Shown one piece after another: positions 14,222-27,988 of a stretch of DNA of 64,000 nucleotides (position 1 is the stretch's first letter; each line of letters begins with the position of its first letter). The stretch is from assembly GCA_023515725.1 (NCBI GenBank), contig JALDTO010000266.1:1982729-2046728 (forward strand), in the 5' to 3' direction. Source of the stretch: Amoeboaphelidium protococcarum X5 (taxonomy: Eukaryota > Fungi > Aphelidiomycota). Both the position numbers and the translations under genes were made by a program. A model generated the notes under the pieces. The model saw nothing but the letters and a program-made list of their open reading frames with translations. It was not told where the DNA came from and ran no database searches.

Positions 14222-14499
14222 ATATACACATGATCTTCAGTGTATTTAAGTAAAGTATTACTCTATTATTATCACATTATTTTACCATGGATCTTCCCAT
14301 TGTGATCACCTCCGGCTATAAGTGTCTTCTCTTCTTTCAGTGTCCGCCTATTGCTTCTTATGGAAAATCTCTTCATCGCTGCGATGAGATCGGCTTTGTC
14401 GTTCGTCTTCATAACTTCTCCTTTTAACACCTAATTGGATCATTGAATTGGTCTTTATAACAAAGAAACACAACATTTATAATTTAGATTTCATGTGCA

Positions 14500-17400
14500 A
14501 TGGCAAGTCTTGGTGAGAAGAGGTTGTAGCTGAGAGCTGTCAACATTAAGCGTGGTAATAATGAGGTGAAGCCTGCCACTGGGCTGGATTCATCACTGAA
14601 GAAGAATACTGCCATGGTGACGAAGCTCAAGAGTGTGACTGCTGATAACGCGTGTAAACTATTGAAAGAGTTGTAGAAGCTCAAATATGATAAATATGTG
14701 CCAGAATTATAAAGTTCCATCACTGAATCTGCCTTGAAAGCTAAAACGAGTGCGGATGCTGTGGGTGTTATGGAATTGTTGACAGAGTTGTACCATCGCT
14801 CCTAGTAGGACTCGGAGCTATCTTTGAAAGGATAAGATGATGCTGTGCTGCAGATTGCGTCGGAGTTGGTTAAATAGTTCTTTACGTCCATAGATCTGCA
14901 AAAGACTTCTTAATCATAGGATGATGCTAAAGCTGACAGTGCACGGTAAAGTTCTGTAAGATCAAGTATCCGCTGTCTGTGTGAAATGATTTTGTGTGGA
15001 TTGTTGAATGCGGAGATGCAAATGTCCTTGATAAAGACATTCAAGATTGTGAAAAAATAAGATGCCAAGTAGTCCGATGCTCTCAGTTCTTTATTTAATT
15101 AGAATGGTGTTCTATTGGCTTGCTTTTTGCACGATGTTCTCGCTATTAGAGATATATCTTCATTGCATTACGCTTACATCGCCGTGTTTGTTGCCAAGTA
15201 TTACTCGTCTGACTTTCTCGGTGTGAATGATAGTTCTAATAATAATGAATAGTTTATATCTGGTGAAGTTTAGAGTTATTGCAAGTCTTTAACAATGTAG
15301 TATTATGATAGACTGTGCTTCAAGATCTAATCATTACATAGATAGCTGGCCAAGGTCAAGTAGGCTGCTCATAACAACACTATACTGCGGGGAGACGCGT
15401 CATTATCATAGAAAGACAGATTAGAAGTGTTGTAGGCGGATTATGATAAACTTGTTGGTTTTGCGTAATGTTTAGCTAATGCTTTAAGCTTGGAACTACC
15501 CTCGTTTGATGACACGATAGATGATTAGGTGGAAGATACAAAAATTACTATTGCTGCGGCTAGTGGGTCGTCAAAAGGTGATGAGTTTGATGTAACGAAG
15601 TCTCAGTGGTTGGATGAAGAGTAGAAAGAATTTTATACTGAATTGGCTCCCATGTCTAATCTATTACCTCCGTCATGTCTTCAAGTTGCTGAATTGGATT
15701 CCGCTGAAAGTAGTAAGAAGGACAAGCGCAGGCTTAAGCGTAAGTAAAAGGCTTAATAGCATTAGCAGAAGTAGACTTTAGGCGATCTGGATTATGACGC
15801 GTATGATGATGAGAATGGAGACTGGATGGACTAGGCTGATGAGGATGTTTTGGAGTATGTTGAGCAGATTATTTTCAACGATAAAGAGAATGAGACGGAG
15901 AATAGTGTTCAGGCAGCTAGACTCTAGGCTATTGGTCAACGTTCTGCTGATCCCATAGATAATCTCATGTCGCAACTACCTTTGCTAGTCAACAAAGGAG
16001 ATGTAGATAATTTGGCGGTGGAGTTTTCTATTGCGCAGTAAAAGTGTCGTGGCGTGGCCAAAGAGAAGCTGATCAGTAAATTGCTTGACGTTGCCAGATT
16101 TAGGCTGGACTCTTTGCCGTATTATGCTCGTTTAATTGCAACTCTTGATCCTTATGTCTAGTCTCTTGGTGCAACTGTCCTTGTAGCACTAATCTCCGAG
16201 TTTAAACGTAGATACAGAAAGTAGTATCCGGTGAACATGGAGCATAGGGTGAAGAATATCAGATTCATTGGGGAGTTGATCAAATTCCGTGTCGCTCCTC
16301 CACATCTCTTCTTTTATTGTACACACAGGTTGGTAAAGCCTGAGAGTAGTGGTAGCGTGTTCCATGATCAGCATGTTGAAGTATTTTGTCATTTACTTGA
16401 ATGCTGTGGCAGATTTGTGTATGTGGATCAAGAAATTGGGCCTCGATTCAAGCCGCTTCTTGATGTATTCGAGAAGAAGGTGAAGTAGACTGCTTTGGAT
16501 CAGAGAGTTGTCTAGTTGGTACAGAGTGCACTGCTCACTGTCAATCCACCTGCGGTTACGGACGCTGAGATTTAGGAACCACTAAAGACTCTGGTTGAAT
16601 GGTATATCCTGCGCACATTGTGTGTCGATTTAAAGTCCAAGAAGGATGTTTAGTCTATCAGTGATCGTATCAATCAACTTCCATGGTGCACTGTAGAGTC
16701 TCCATTGTACAGCGCGTAGTGGTAAACTCTTTATAAGTCGTAGTCGCTAGAAGGTGAGAGCTAGTAAATTTACGGTGATATAGAACTGGTCAATGTCAAT
16801 ATTCCGCAAGTTGTATTGAGTATATTTTCTTAGCCCTGGTTACTGAAGAAGCACCAGTTGAGTCTATTTGCATAATTGTTATCGCACATAAAGAGTAATA
16901 ATGGCAAGTAATAATTAATTATATAAGTTGTTGATAATGTGCTAGAGGAAATTCGTATTGGACTGGAAGATTTTAGCGAATTTAGGTATAATTAGAGAAG
17001 ACTGTCTACCATCAGTTACTTTGCCGAGTTGTTCATTTAGAAGCTAGTGTCTAAAATTGTTCTGTCAGATACTCTGGATCTTCTTTTATAATATGGACAC
17101 AAGTCGGCGGATTTGTCTCTTTATTATCAGTCAATTGAGCAAGATCAGGGAGAAAATGCTTTGATTGATGGACCTAAATATTATTTTAGAATTAGGATAA
17201 TATGCGCGTTAATGTCTGCATCTGCTGCTATTCTTAGAACTAAGGCATTCTAATCGGCGATGAGTCGCTTCTTGGTCAAGTTTGACTATTACATCTGGTT
17301 GAAGGATTAGGAGACGTTCCCTCTAGAGTTGAAGTTTGCCGTGGAGGACTGTTTTGAGTAGATTAAACCTGGCTTCCATCGCTCTTAGAGTGTAGAAGAG

Positions 17401-18324
17401 TCGATGCTTAAGTATTAAGAGATGATGATTAATTTGTCTTAACCTTCTTAGTCATAACAATCACCATCTGTTAAGGGAAAGTCAATTCAAGATTCCGAAA
17501 CTGCAGATGTTAATAATGATGATGGCACGAACGCAGAAGACTCTTAAAATGCTCTTGTTGAATAGGATCAGTCTGAAGATGATCATTTTGACAGCAATTA
17601 GGACGCCGATATTAAGTAGGATGATTAATCCATTCAAGAGTAATCGAGCGACGTTGATAGCGACGATGATCTAGATAATGGAGAAGATGATGATGAGGAG
17701 GAGGAGTCACTGGTTAGTAAAATGATTAAGTCGCAATAATCATCTGTTGAAAGCAAAGAAGAATAAGAGTAGTTCTCTGCGGCATTCAATGATATTCTAG
17801 TGGAATCTATCCAGAGTAGAAAGAATGAACGCGTGATGTCTCAAGAGTTGTTAGTGCCTCTGATGACCTCAAGATCAAATTCTTTGACTCAGCTTAATGC
17901 TGAAAATGCCCCTACCAAAGTTAAATTCACTTTGATGACCAAGAAATCTAATAAGCAAGTACTGAAGGCTCTCGAAATTCCTTCAGAGGCCAAGATTGTC
18001 CAGCAGACAAAGAATTAATAAGCTGCGGCCATGGAAGAGAAGAAGAAGTTGAAAGATTTGGTTCTAAGACAAGAGCAGCGTATGAACTAGTAGCAGTATC
18101 AATCCAGTTCGGCATATGGAAGTGGCGGGTCGTTGAGATCTCCCGGCTCTTATGAAGAATTAGACGGTTTGGAGACTTTATCCATTGGTGGTAATAAATC
18201 ATCATCTCATCAGCATAAAAGCAAGTAGAAGACGGCATAGAGAACATCTCCCCCTGTTGCAACTAGAGAAGGTGTTAGTAAAAGTATTGACAATCTTATT
18301 GGTTCGCTTAGTGCCAAGCGTTGA
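14500..18324 (+). CDS. UPF2: Nonsense-mediated decay factor Upf2/Nmd2 (~1274 aa)
   Basis: LDSSLKKNTAMVTKLK, LPYYARLIATL, KNIRFIGELIKF, LLECCGRF, NQRRLSTISYFAEL, YFRIRIICAL, an acidic tract, then FTLMTKKSNKQ (Upf1-binding region); start uncertain because the frame is open from 14287. Confidence 0.9.
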
Positions 18325-18640
18325 TTCATGTGAGTTGTCATGTGGTAGATCCTGATTTGGATTATGCAGGGAAATACCGCCAAGTCCAACATTGATCTGG
18401 TGATTACAATTAAATCTTGCGATATTAAGTCGCGTTGCGGTAGAGTCATCATTGAGTAAATGAATAAAGATACAATCGGAGTAGATAGAGTTTCTTGCTG
18501 CGGTCCGACCTGTCATACGTTTCTCTCTTCTCGTGAAAATTCTCTTTTCTCTTCTTGATTGATTTTTACAGTGCACCAGCAATAGCTTAGTACGTGGTAA
18601 ATTATATTAAAACTATCTTGCTCTATAGAATTCAAATAAC

Positions 18641-21160
18641 ATGAATTATACATTTCAGATACAGAAAATATTCAAGGGGTCTCTATAGTGGAGTAGGGCT
18701 GTCTCCACAGGCGTAAATACTACTAGGAGTCGGTGACTATCTCGATAGAATCTACCTCAGAGTATCCACTTCTAGTAGTAGAAAAGATTTCTGGCTTATC
18801 GCTCCTAGTCCACATCTCCTGCCTAGTAATTATAATAAGCTAGAGGGTTCGGCAAATATTTCATAAGATATAACAGACGTGTGTCGTTTGATGATGTACT
18901 TGCTGTGCTGTCTTGGATTACTCTATCTGGTGGCGCGTTCTTTGTGTTCAAGACAACTACCGCAGTCTCTCTAATTTTATAAGCCACAGAACTCACTGGA
19001 GCCAAGAGCTTGTTGATATCTGAATTGAACAAACAGCTGGATAATAGTAGAGTATAGGAGTAGTCTCTATTCAGTTTCTTGAAGAATAATAGCTCTATCA
19101 ATGTTAACATTGGAGATATTACTACATCCATAACTACTACTGCTAGCGACGCTTCTTCTAATTCATAAGATAGTGAAGGTGAGAGGGTCTTGACGCTCCA
19201 TAATGTGCATATCATACGCGATAAAAGCACCATTGAATAACACTCTTCTAATGAAGATAACAGTGATGCTTTGAATGTGGCCTATTACGACGTTACTATA
19301 GATCGTATAGATTTCTCTCTAGATTTTGTTAGATGGATTGATGGCAAGGGATTGATAAGGACTCTTGATGTAGACGGCGTTAATGGAACGGTTAATAAGA
19401 GACATGTTGTATATCCTCCACCTGATCCTTCGATAGCGGCTCTATCAGTTGAAGAAGATCTGATGCAAGATCTGGCTACTAAAGGCTAGTAACTTATGGG
19501 GAGTCATAGCAAGACGTGTCTAGACTCGTTCAAGATGTCCAATCTTCATTTAGATATTCTGGATGTGCAAAACTTTCGACCATATTCCATTCAATTAGAT
19601 TACATTGACTGCTCAGAAGGTGGTCTTCGACTATAATGGTTTGTGCCCGATCTCATGTCTGCATCAGCATTAATGTGTACCTATGATGGTGCTGCTATAT
19701 CGCTTGATAGAATTCAGTATTAGAAGCAAGAGTAGAATCAGTAGATAGCAGATACTAGTGAATGGATATAACATCTTCGAGTCACTGGTCTTAATGTTGA
19801 TATGGTTAATTGGAATAGTAAACCGCCGTTGAATTGGATCACTTAGGGATTCGTTGATTTTGACATTTATTGTCACATTCCGGATTATAATAGTCTTTCC
19901 ACGGATGATATTGTCTAATCGCTATAGGATGAGTAACTTTAAGGTAGTGTTAACCAGGCTCCGGCTCCTATCGTGACTGACCAGTTTAATATCAGTGTCA
20001 TTACAATGACTCAGGATGTACCTCCATCTACTCAGGTGGATTAATAGCCTTAAGATGATGCTTCACTTCAAGATTAAGTTGATTAAATGACAAAGGATAT
20101 AAGCGACAGAGTCAGTCAGACTTATCGATAGTATCTAATTGATTAGCTGTATTCGATGATAGTGAAGTAGGCGTAGATTACATATGGTAAATAAGAAGTT
20201 GATGATACTGTGTCGGACTCTTCTGGTCCAAGGGATGAAGAAGACTTTACATCTTTTGGATCGGCGGTAGAGCTGATTGAGTTGAATGATATACCAGGTG
20301 ATAGTTAACAGACTGCTGCTCCGAATGGCGCAGACTTAAATGGCGATTAAAGTGAGATTGGTGGTGATAAACTTTAACGGCTTTTACGTCCATCTTTGAA
20401 TAGTAACTGCTCGTTCGTTGTAAGTGCTCATGTACGCGATCTTGAAGTCAGAGTATCTGAGGTGCTTTTGCTGAATGGTCGTAAGATTTCTCCTGCATGG
20501 ACAAAGTCGATGATGAATTATGTAAATTCCTACTCTACTATCACAGAGTAAAATGCCACTAGTACTAACGGCGTTGATAATGGTGGTGGGGATGATAGTA
20601 ATGGATAAACGCCTAGGAGGAGATTACATGTTGAATTTGAACATCCATACTTGCATTTCTTCTCTGCGTGGAACATTTATGACTCTAAACTGGCCACAAT
20701 TTTGAACAAGAAATTTAGTGAAAGATTTGGTGAGATTGTATCCGAGTGGCTGTCTGAGCTCATTCGCAGACGAAGCGTTGATCGAGGCTTGACTAAAAGT
20801 ATCAAAGGTGACCTGGGAAATGGTATCACTAATAATATTTCTGATGGTTCCAAGGACGCTCAATCTATTAATTTTTAGACAAGAGCATGGTGGAATTGGG
20901 GGTGGTTCCAGTAGAAGCCGCAACTACAGTAGGGACAAGATTATTTGGCTTAAGGCAGTTCCTAGTAAGACGCGAATGATACCAACATTCGTCGGCAGTT
21001 GGAGATGCAATCGAATGGAGAATTACTTCTGAACTTGATTAGACTGAGAGCACGGGCAATTGCACCTGCAGCACCGTAAATGTTCACAAAGTCTTTTGAT
21101 CATCACTATTCCATGTAGTTTGATTATCAGGCTGCAGATTGGTTCGATTTTTAAGAATGA
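18641..21160 (+). CDS. Mdm31/Mdm32-like mitochondrial inner-membrane protein
   Basis: SFDDVLAVLSW...KTTTAVSL, YDVTIDRIDFSLDFVRWIDGKGLI and FRPYSIQL...WFVPDLM resemble the Mdm31 family; basic Ser-rich N-terminus; TGA at 21158. Confidence 0.7.
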
Positions 21161-21301
21161 TGCTCACAGTTATAATACAATTTAACAACAAGAAATTAAA
21201 GTATACACTTAAATCTTTATATATCATTATCATTTTCAGGCAAAGTCCTCAAACAGCAAGCAGTAAGTACAGGCATACCATAAACATCTGGATGAAAACA
21301 C

Positions 21302-22480
21302 TCACAACTCCTGAATCTGCTTGATCAAGAAGGCCTTCTCATCGTTAAATTGTTCATCCTCCGTTCTATCAGTGCAAAACTCGCTCAGAAACTTGACCAG
21401 CTTATCCTTATTCTTCACCAAGATATCCTTAACAGGCGCCGTCTTATTAGGATTTGCAGCAAACACCTTGAACACATGGAATGCCTCAAACTGGATATTC
21501 TTCGACCTGTCCCTCAGCAAGTTCATCATGAGCTTGAGATTATCCACGGAAGAGATGTAACGAGTCATCACATTGAAATTGCTTCTGTCAAGCAATAGTT
21601 CACCCAGCAGCTTCAGACTCTATCTCTTGGTCACATAGTTATTGGAAGTGAGCAGTCCGAGGTACCTCTCAAAGAACTCGTCATAATTCTTGTCCAGAAA
21701 CTCACTCACCACAGCCCGGTGACGCACTAGAAGCTCTTTGAAAGTGGCAAAAGCATCACTAGCCACATCAAAAGTGCCCAAGTCCACGTAGCCAAACATT
21801 CTCCAAAACAACAACGGTCTACCTCCACTACCACTCTATACCGGATCCTCTATACTGAATATTAACTTGCATAAAGCTTCGTACCGGATACAATCTCTGA
21901 GTATAAGGCCACACTGCAGAGCAATATCAGGCACTTCATAGGAACAGAATAGGGTAGTCAGTACATCACTCTTATTGCATAGATACTCCACAGTGGGCGA
22001 GCGGGTACCAATTTATCTTCTCAGAAGATTTATAAAAATCTGTGCAACATCCTTCTTGGCCTCAAACTCGATTCTCTGCATATGAAATATCATAAGTGAG
22101 AGCAGATCGCTATTGTAAATCTCAATTGATAATTGACTAATTTACTCCAAGTTTGCTTCATCGCTATCATTCCCACCGCCGCCACTGCTACTACCACCGC
22201 CTGCATTACTGCTACTTCCAGAACCGGAACCAGAGCCACCGGTGAGAATGTTCTTAATAAGCACCAGATTCTTTGACAACTCTTCCTAAGTCTTTGCATC
22301 CACTGGCTCCAATGAAGCGTTGCCAGCAATATTAGTAGCTGAAGTTGTTGCAGCAGAAGGACCACCAACACCGCCCACCTAACCAACATTACTCACCGGC
22401 CCAAACTTTATAAACAAGTCCTTAGTATGCTTGACCAACTCTGCAGGTGACTTGGTCTTTGGCTTAAACAGAAATGACAT
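21302..22480 (-). CDS. HYM1: Mo25/Hym1/CAB39 kinase scaffold
   Basis: [50 protein letters not shown](TAG)[21 protein letters not shown]. Confidence 0.96.
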
Positions 22481-23249
22481 TATTCCACAATCACTTTATA
22501 TTACTCAGTTAATCCTGCTTTAAAGATAAGTTGAATTTAATAATAATGTTTTTACACAGACTCTAATTGAAATAAAAATCACAAAGAGATGATCAAAGTG
22601 AGACGTTTTTTACCTGACTTTAGTCCAACTTGTATAATAAACAGAAGGAATTATCCCTTAAAATTTATATTTTATACTATTAGAGCTTTTAGTATTTAAA
22701 ACTAAATGTCTAATACAATATTCGGGAATTGAAGCAGTAGATAAATCAAGACGACTTACTCCCCTCTCAATTCACTTCTCACTAATATCTATCTATCGAA
22801 CGAATGCCTTGAAGACGAACGAAATCAGAAAACTTTGGCGAAACAAATCACCAAAGACTGACTGACTGAGTGTTCATTCATCATCACACTGAACTTTAGC
22901 AGGGGAGAAACATTACTGAATTTGAGAAAGAACCGCGTCGAGTCTGTGCGTGAATGAATGACTGATCTTAGCGTGCTACTGGAGAAAATGTATACCACCT
23001 GTTTCTGTCATAGAGAGATGACGCCTAGCAAGTACGAGAGGTGAACGATAGTTTTAACAGTACAAAAGCCCCATGTTGACAGGACTTATGATAATTTTAC
23101 CATATCTGAAACAAGATCACGCGCGTTCCCTCGTCAACACAGTTAATTGTATGCTCATGACTCACATATAGTACATTAATCAAGTGTAAAGAAAAATAAG
23201 AACAGTTACAAACTAATATAAAAATGATTCTTAATTAATCGTACCGTAA

Positions 23250-23916
<667 letters not shown>

Positions 23917-24135
23917 TTAGTGTAATACAATTAGACTTTAAATTGGGTCAACAAAACGATTAAAGAAATTTCTATAGAGAAGATAACAAGCTTTTAACGT
24001 TGCGCGTTTACAACAAAGTATGTACACTACACTAGACAAAGGAGAATTTTCGAATGAATATGAATATAACGCTTTTCAAGACAGTAGTAAAGTAACAACA
24101 AAAAGACGATATTATAAATCATACAAATTTCAAGA

Positions 24136-25068
24136 TCAAATCTTCTTAAGACGCGAGTTCTAGACTCCAATGCGAACATTCAGGTCATCAGCGCGCTGGC
24201 CAATGGTCTCAATCACCTCATTCTGGGACTAAGTCTCCTGGCCCATAGCCATGCCCATTCCCTTGAGTCGACCGAGAACATCCATCATCTTGTCCACATT
24301 CTCTTCAATCTCCTTCTCTTGAGCCACGTCTTCATCATCGAGGAGGGCAGAGTACTGCTTGGCATCGCGCTGAGACTTGTACTTGTCAGACACTTTCTGA
24401 GGAGATCCTGAAGATTAGGACTATTATTATTGCTACTTCAAACCTTTGTGCATGCGCATATCGGTAGCTCGCTCCATCTTGCGAGTCTCAATTTCATCAC
24501 CAACTTTAGCCTTATACTCTCTCTTAACTTTATCCTCGCGCACCTTCTTCTACTTGCTCTTACTAGCAAAGGGATTCTTCAGAGATGGGAGGAATCTGTT
24601 CAGACGCTTCAATTCACTCACCTGCTCTTCAGCCACGTCCTAATTAATCTTGGCCAGATCCAGGTCGCGTTTACTCTTGTGCAGTAGCTGCGATTGAGTA
24701 TTCAGCGTCTGCATTGTATTACTTGCAACATCTTGAGTCTCATATAGACGATTCAGGGCGTCGCGGGTAGTCTGTACAGATTCCTGCCTGATTGATTTAC
24801 CTTCATCAAGAATCTGCCTGGTTGCGTACTCTTCCTCATCATCATCCAACCGCATTCTACCGCGAGAGCTATCGTACTGCGAGTGGTCATTTCTACCAGA
24901 GCCAGCAACTTCACCATTGTACTGGCGGTTGGATGAAGATGACGGGCGGGAGGTCATAGAATCACCACCACTGCCAAGTAGCTCGCGTCGATTCTGACCA
25001 TTTGACGGAGACTATCCTCTACTCCTCACCAGTTACTAATCGCTGTTATTATACTAATTTCTAGGCAT
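24136..25068 (-). CDS. SEC9: Sec9/SNAP-25-like Qbc SNARE
   Basis: Two SNARE coils (ESVQTTRDAL...LKRLNR and EKEIEENVDKM...LKGMGMAMGQE...QNEVIETI); RRELL near N-terminus; TGA at 24136. Confidence 0.85.
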
Positions 25069-25430
25069 TACTCTCTAACCCTTTAAACGGTTATTTTATA
25101 TTTAACTGCTTTACTTTTGATGAAAGAGAAAGAGAGTCTGATCCTGATCAACTGCCGAGCCAGAAATAGTAATTCAACCTCCAATCAGCTGGGACTTTTG
25201 ATCAAAAACCAAGAATTGTATCACTCTCAACCAGCCAATATTATTGTATTATCATCTGCTTAGAATGTCATTCTTTGAAAGTATCAAAATAGAAAGATTC
25301 GATTGGAACGCGTCAATATTAAGTCGCGGCCTGATTAAAAGCGTACGGCTTGGTAAAAGGTTAAAATCAAAAGAGAGAGTAGAGAGAGAAAATATGTTTA
25401 AAGAACCATCTAGATAGCATTAGAGCTTAA

Positions 25431-26381
25431 TCAGAACAGTCCACCGAACCCCATGTCATCGTCACTCTCTTCCTCCTCCTCCTTGACTTCCTCCTTCTTC
25501 TCCTCAGACTTACCTCCAGAAGATGTAGCAGCAGATGAAGCAGCAGCGGCTGACTGAGCAGCAGCCAGAGCTTCAGGATTCTCCAGCAACTCCTTCAACT
25601 CCTTCACCTGATCAATGGTGTAATCAGTAGCCAAGGAGACACCGACCAAGTTCTTGAAATTGTTCACGATCAAGTGAGGCACGGAAGCAATAGTTGGGTA
25701 GTGCAGAGCCAGAGACAGAGATGCAATCTAAGTAATACCCTCCATCAACTTCTCCAACAGAACATCGTTGGTGATGTCCAGCAGAGATGGATCAAAGACG
25801 GTACCTTCATCGTAGACAGCTCCCACAGTCAGACCATAAGTGAACGGAGAGATATTCAACATGTTCAGCAGGGTAGCCTCAGAAGGACCAACCTTTTCAC
25901 CAGCCTTCACCAGATGGACATCAGTAGTGATTTCAATGGTACCACGCGCAATCTTGGTAGGAACACCCAGAGCCTGGAAGAAACTGGTCTTACCAGGTTC
26001 GATACCAGTGTTACCACTAGGAACGAAGACATCCAGAGGAGCAACGGCACCAGCCTTTGCGGGAGCGCGCACCTTGTTGCTGGTGATCTTCTCACGGACG
26101 TCCTTCAGGTCGCCGTTGGTGAACACGAAGCCGACATTGCCCTTGATCAAAGGCATCAGTCTCTCGTACTCTGGGTTATCACCACCAGCATTACGGATAG
26201 CCTTCTTGACCAAGGTGTTCTTACCCATCAGCACGACAGCCTCACCACGCAGGGTCTTTCTGATCTGGTGCATCTGGTTGGAACCGACATTGTCCACGTT
26301 GCAGACCAGAATAGACTTGTAGTCCTTCAACAAACTCTCAACTTTAGTAAAATATGCAGCCTTCTTTTCACCTTTTGACAT
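25431..26381 (-). CDS. RPP0: 60S acidic ribosomal protein P0 (uL10)
   Basis: [33 protein letters not shown]-terminal [13 protein letters not shown]; a single in-frame TAG at 25728. Confidence 0.98.
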
Positions 26382-26580
26382 CTTTGTGTTCAACGGATTT
26401 TATAAATATTGTATCGCCAAAAGAGGAAAGAATAGCTGGTAAATCACAAAACCATCCGAAAAAAATTTGAACGCGTTAAGGTTAGCACGCGTCGTCCGTT
26501 CAAAGGCAAAATGTCTTTACTTAGCAGAGGCACTAGTTACGGAGTACTTGGAGTGTAAGAAAAATGGCTGATTAATAATA

Positions 26581-27512
26581 TCACTCAATTTTATTAGTGT
26601 CAGATAATTTGTCATAAGTACTTTATAGCAGCTTCTGATTATCTACATTGGCGGCATGGTGATTCAAGTCTCCCAATGCCTTAAGATATTAAGACAGAAG
26701 AAAAGAGGCCGCCGGAATCCAGCCGACCAGCAAAGTAATTATGGAAACGTTGCCATCAGTGGCAGCAACTACAATAGCGTCTAAAATGAGAGAATGGCAG
26801 CACTGAGAAGTGTTTTCAAACACTTATCTACGTAGAATATCATAATACTTATCAGTAAAAGAAGCACGGTTGTAATCAGCTGTTGACTATCCCACAGATA
26901 GACGCGCGTCTCTTAGCTTGCCTTTTTTCTCTTTCAAATTCAAAGCCAACTTCTCCATGTCAGCATGTAACCGCTAACTCAGAGCTTTGAGTTGTCTGTT
27001 TTCTTCCTTGATTTCAACATTTTAGCGCTTAATCAGTTCATTCTCAGCTTTCACCAGACTCAACTTCCTTCCGCAGATTATGATTAACTTGACGCAGACT
27101 CTACTTTCACACCACAAGAAGTAAACACGTCTAACCCTAATTTCCTCCCATACTCCTTAACTTATATTACCGTGTTACCGTTTCATTGCCAACGAAATCT
27201 GAGAATGTAATTTCAATATTTTACTAACCACCCACATCTCCCAATTATAATCTCAAACTCTTCACGTATTAGAAGAGAAGTAACTCTCCAGTTTACCTCC
27301 CTTTATAGCAGCAATGATTCAATCTCCCTTACCGCCAGATCACATCACATCACGATGCGTCATGGAATCGAAACGCAGATAGATATTCATTGACAACCTT
27401 CAACTAATCAATATCTTACTTCTGCACAATATTATCATCTCGTAACTGTTTCAACTCATCCAATTACCCCTAGCTATTCTCCATCCAACTTTCAGTAGGC
27501 TGAAAAGTCATG
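26581..27512 (-). pseudogene. Possible degenerate or multi-exon coiled-coil gene
   Basis: Coiled-coil-like peptide stretches (ENELIKRQNVEIKEENRQLKAL; QLDELKQLRDDNIVQK) fall in different frames separated by TGA; no family recognised. Confidence 0.3.
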
Positions 27513-27988
27513 CTAAGATAATGTTTCTGTGTCAATTTCAGGCAAAGAACAGTGTTGAGTAGAGAAAATGAGTTCATCTAATAAGGTGTCTCAAGAAGTA
27601 GAATCTCTGAAACAGCTCTGTTTGGAATGATTTGTTTCCGATTAGGAAACTTAGCTGTCATAAGACTTACGCCTCCGTGTAGCGGACATGTAACGTCTTT
27701 GGATACACTCAATGACGATAGCTCTATACCGCCGTTAAACTCAGCAGTCACACGATGGCACTAGCTATGAAATTTATCATTTTGTTTCTGATGGTATAAA
27801 ATTTTGCTTTTGAACTTTCTAATAAAGAAGACTGTGGGTAGTCGTGTTCATAAAACGAGTGGTTTTGATACGCTATACTTTTTACACCAAGTTTTAAACG
27901 AAAAGCTGAAATTTTCATTAATTTAATGTATTGATTCAGGCAGATATAAAATTCACTCTATATTTGTATTGATAATATGGAACGCAAA

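Noticed and set aside
14287-14499. N-terminal extension of UPF2 from ATG 14287
   Set aside because: The frame is open but the peptide is not Upf2-like and crosses an AT-rich spacer; homology starts after ATG 14500.
25674-26378. Long antisense ORFs over RPP0 (also over CAP, eIF5B and ASN)
   Set aside because: Shadow ORFs produced by codon bias on the coding strand; no recognisable motifs.
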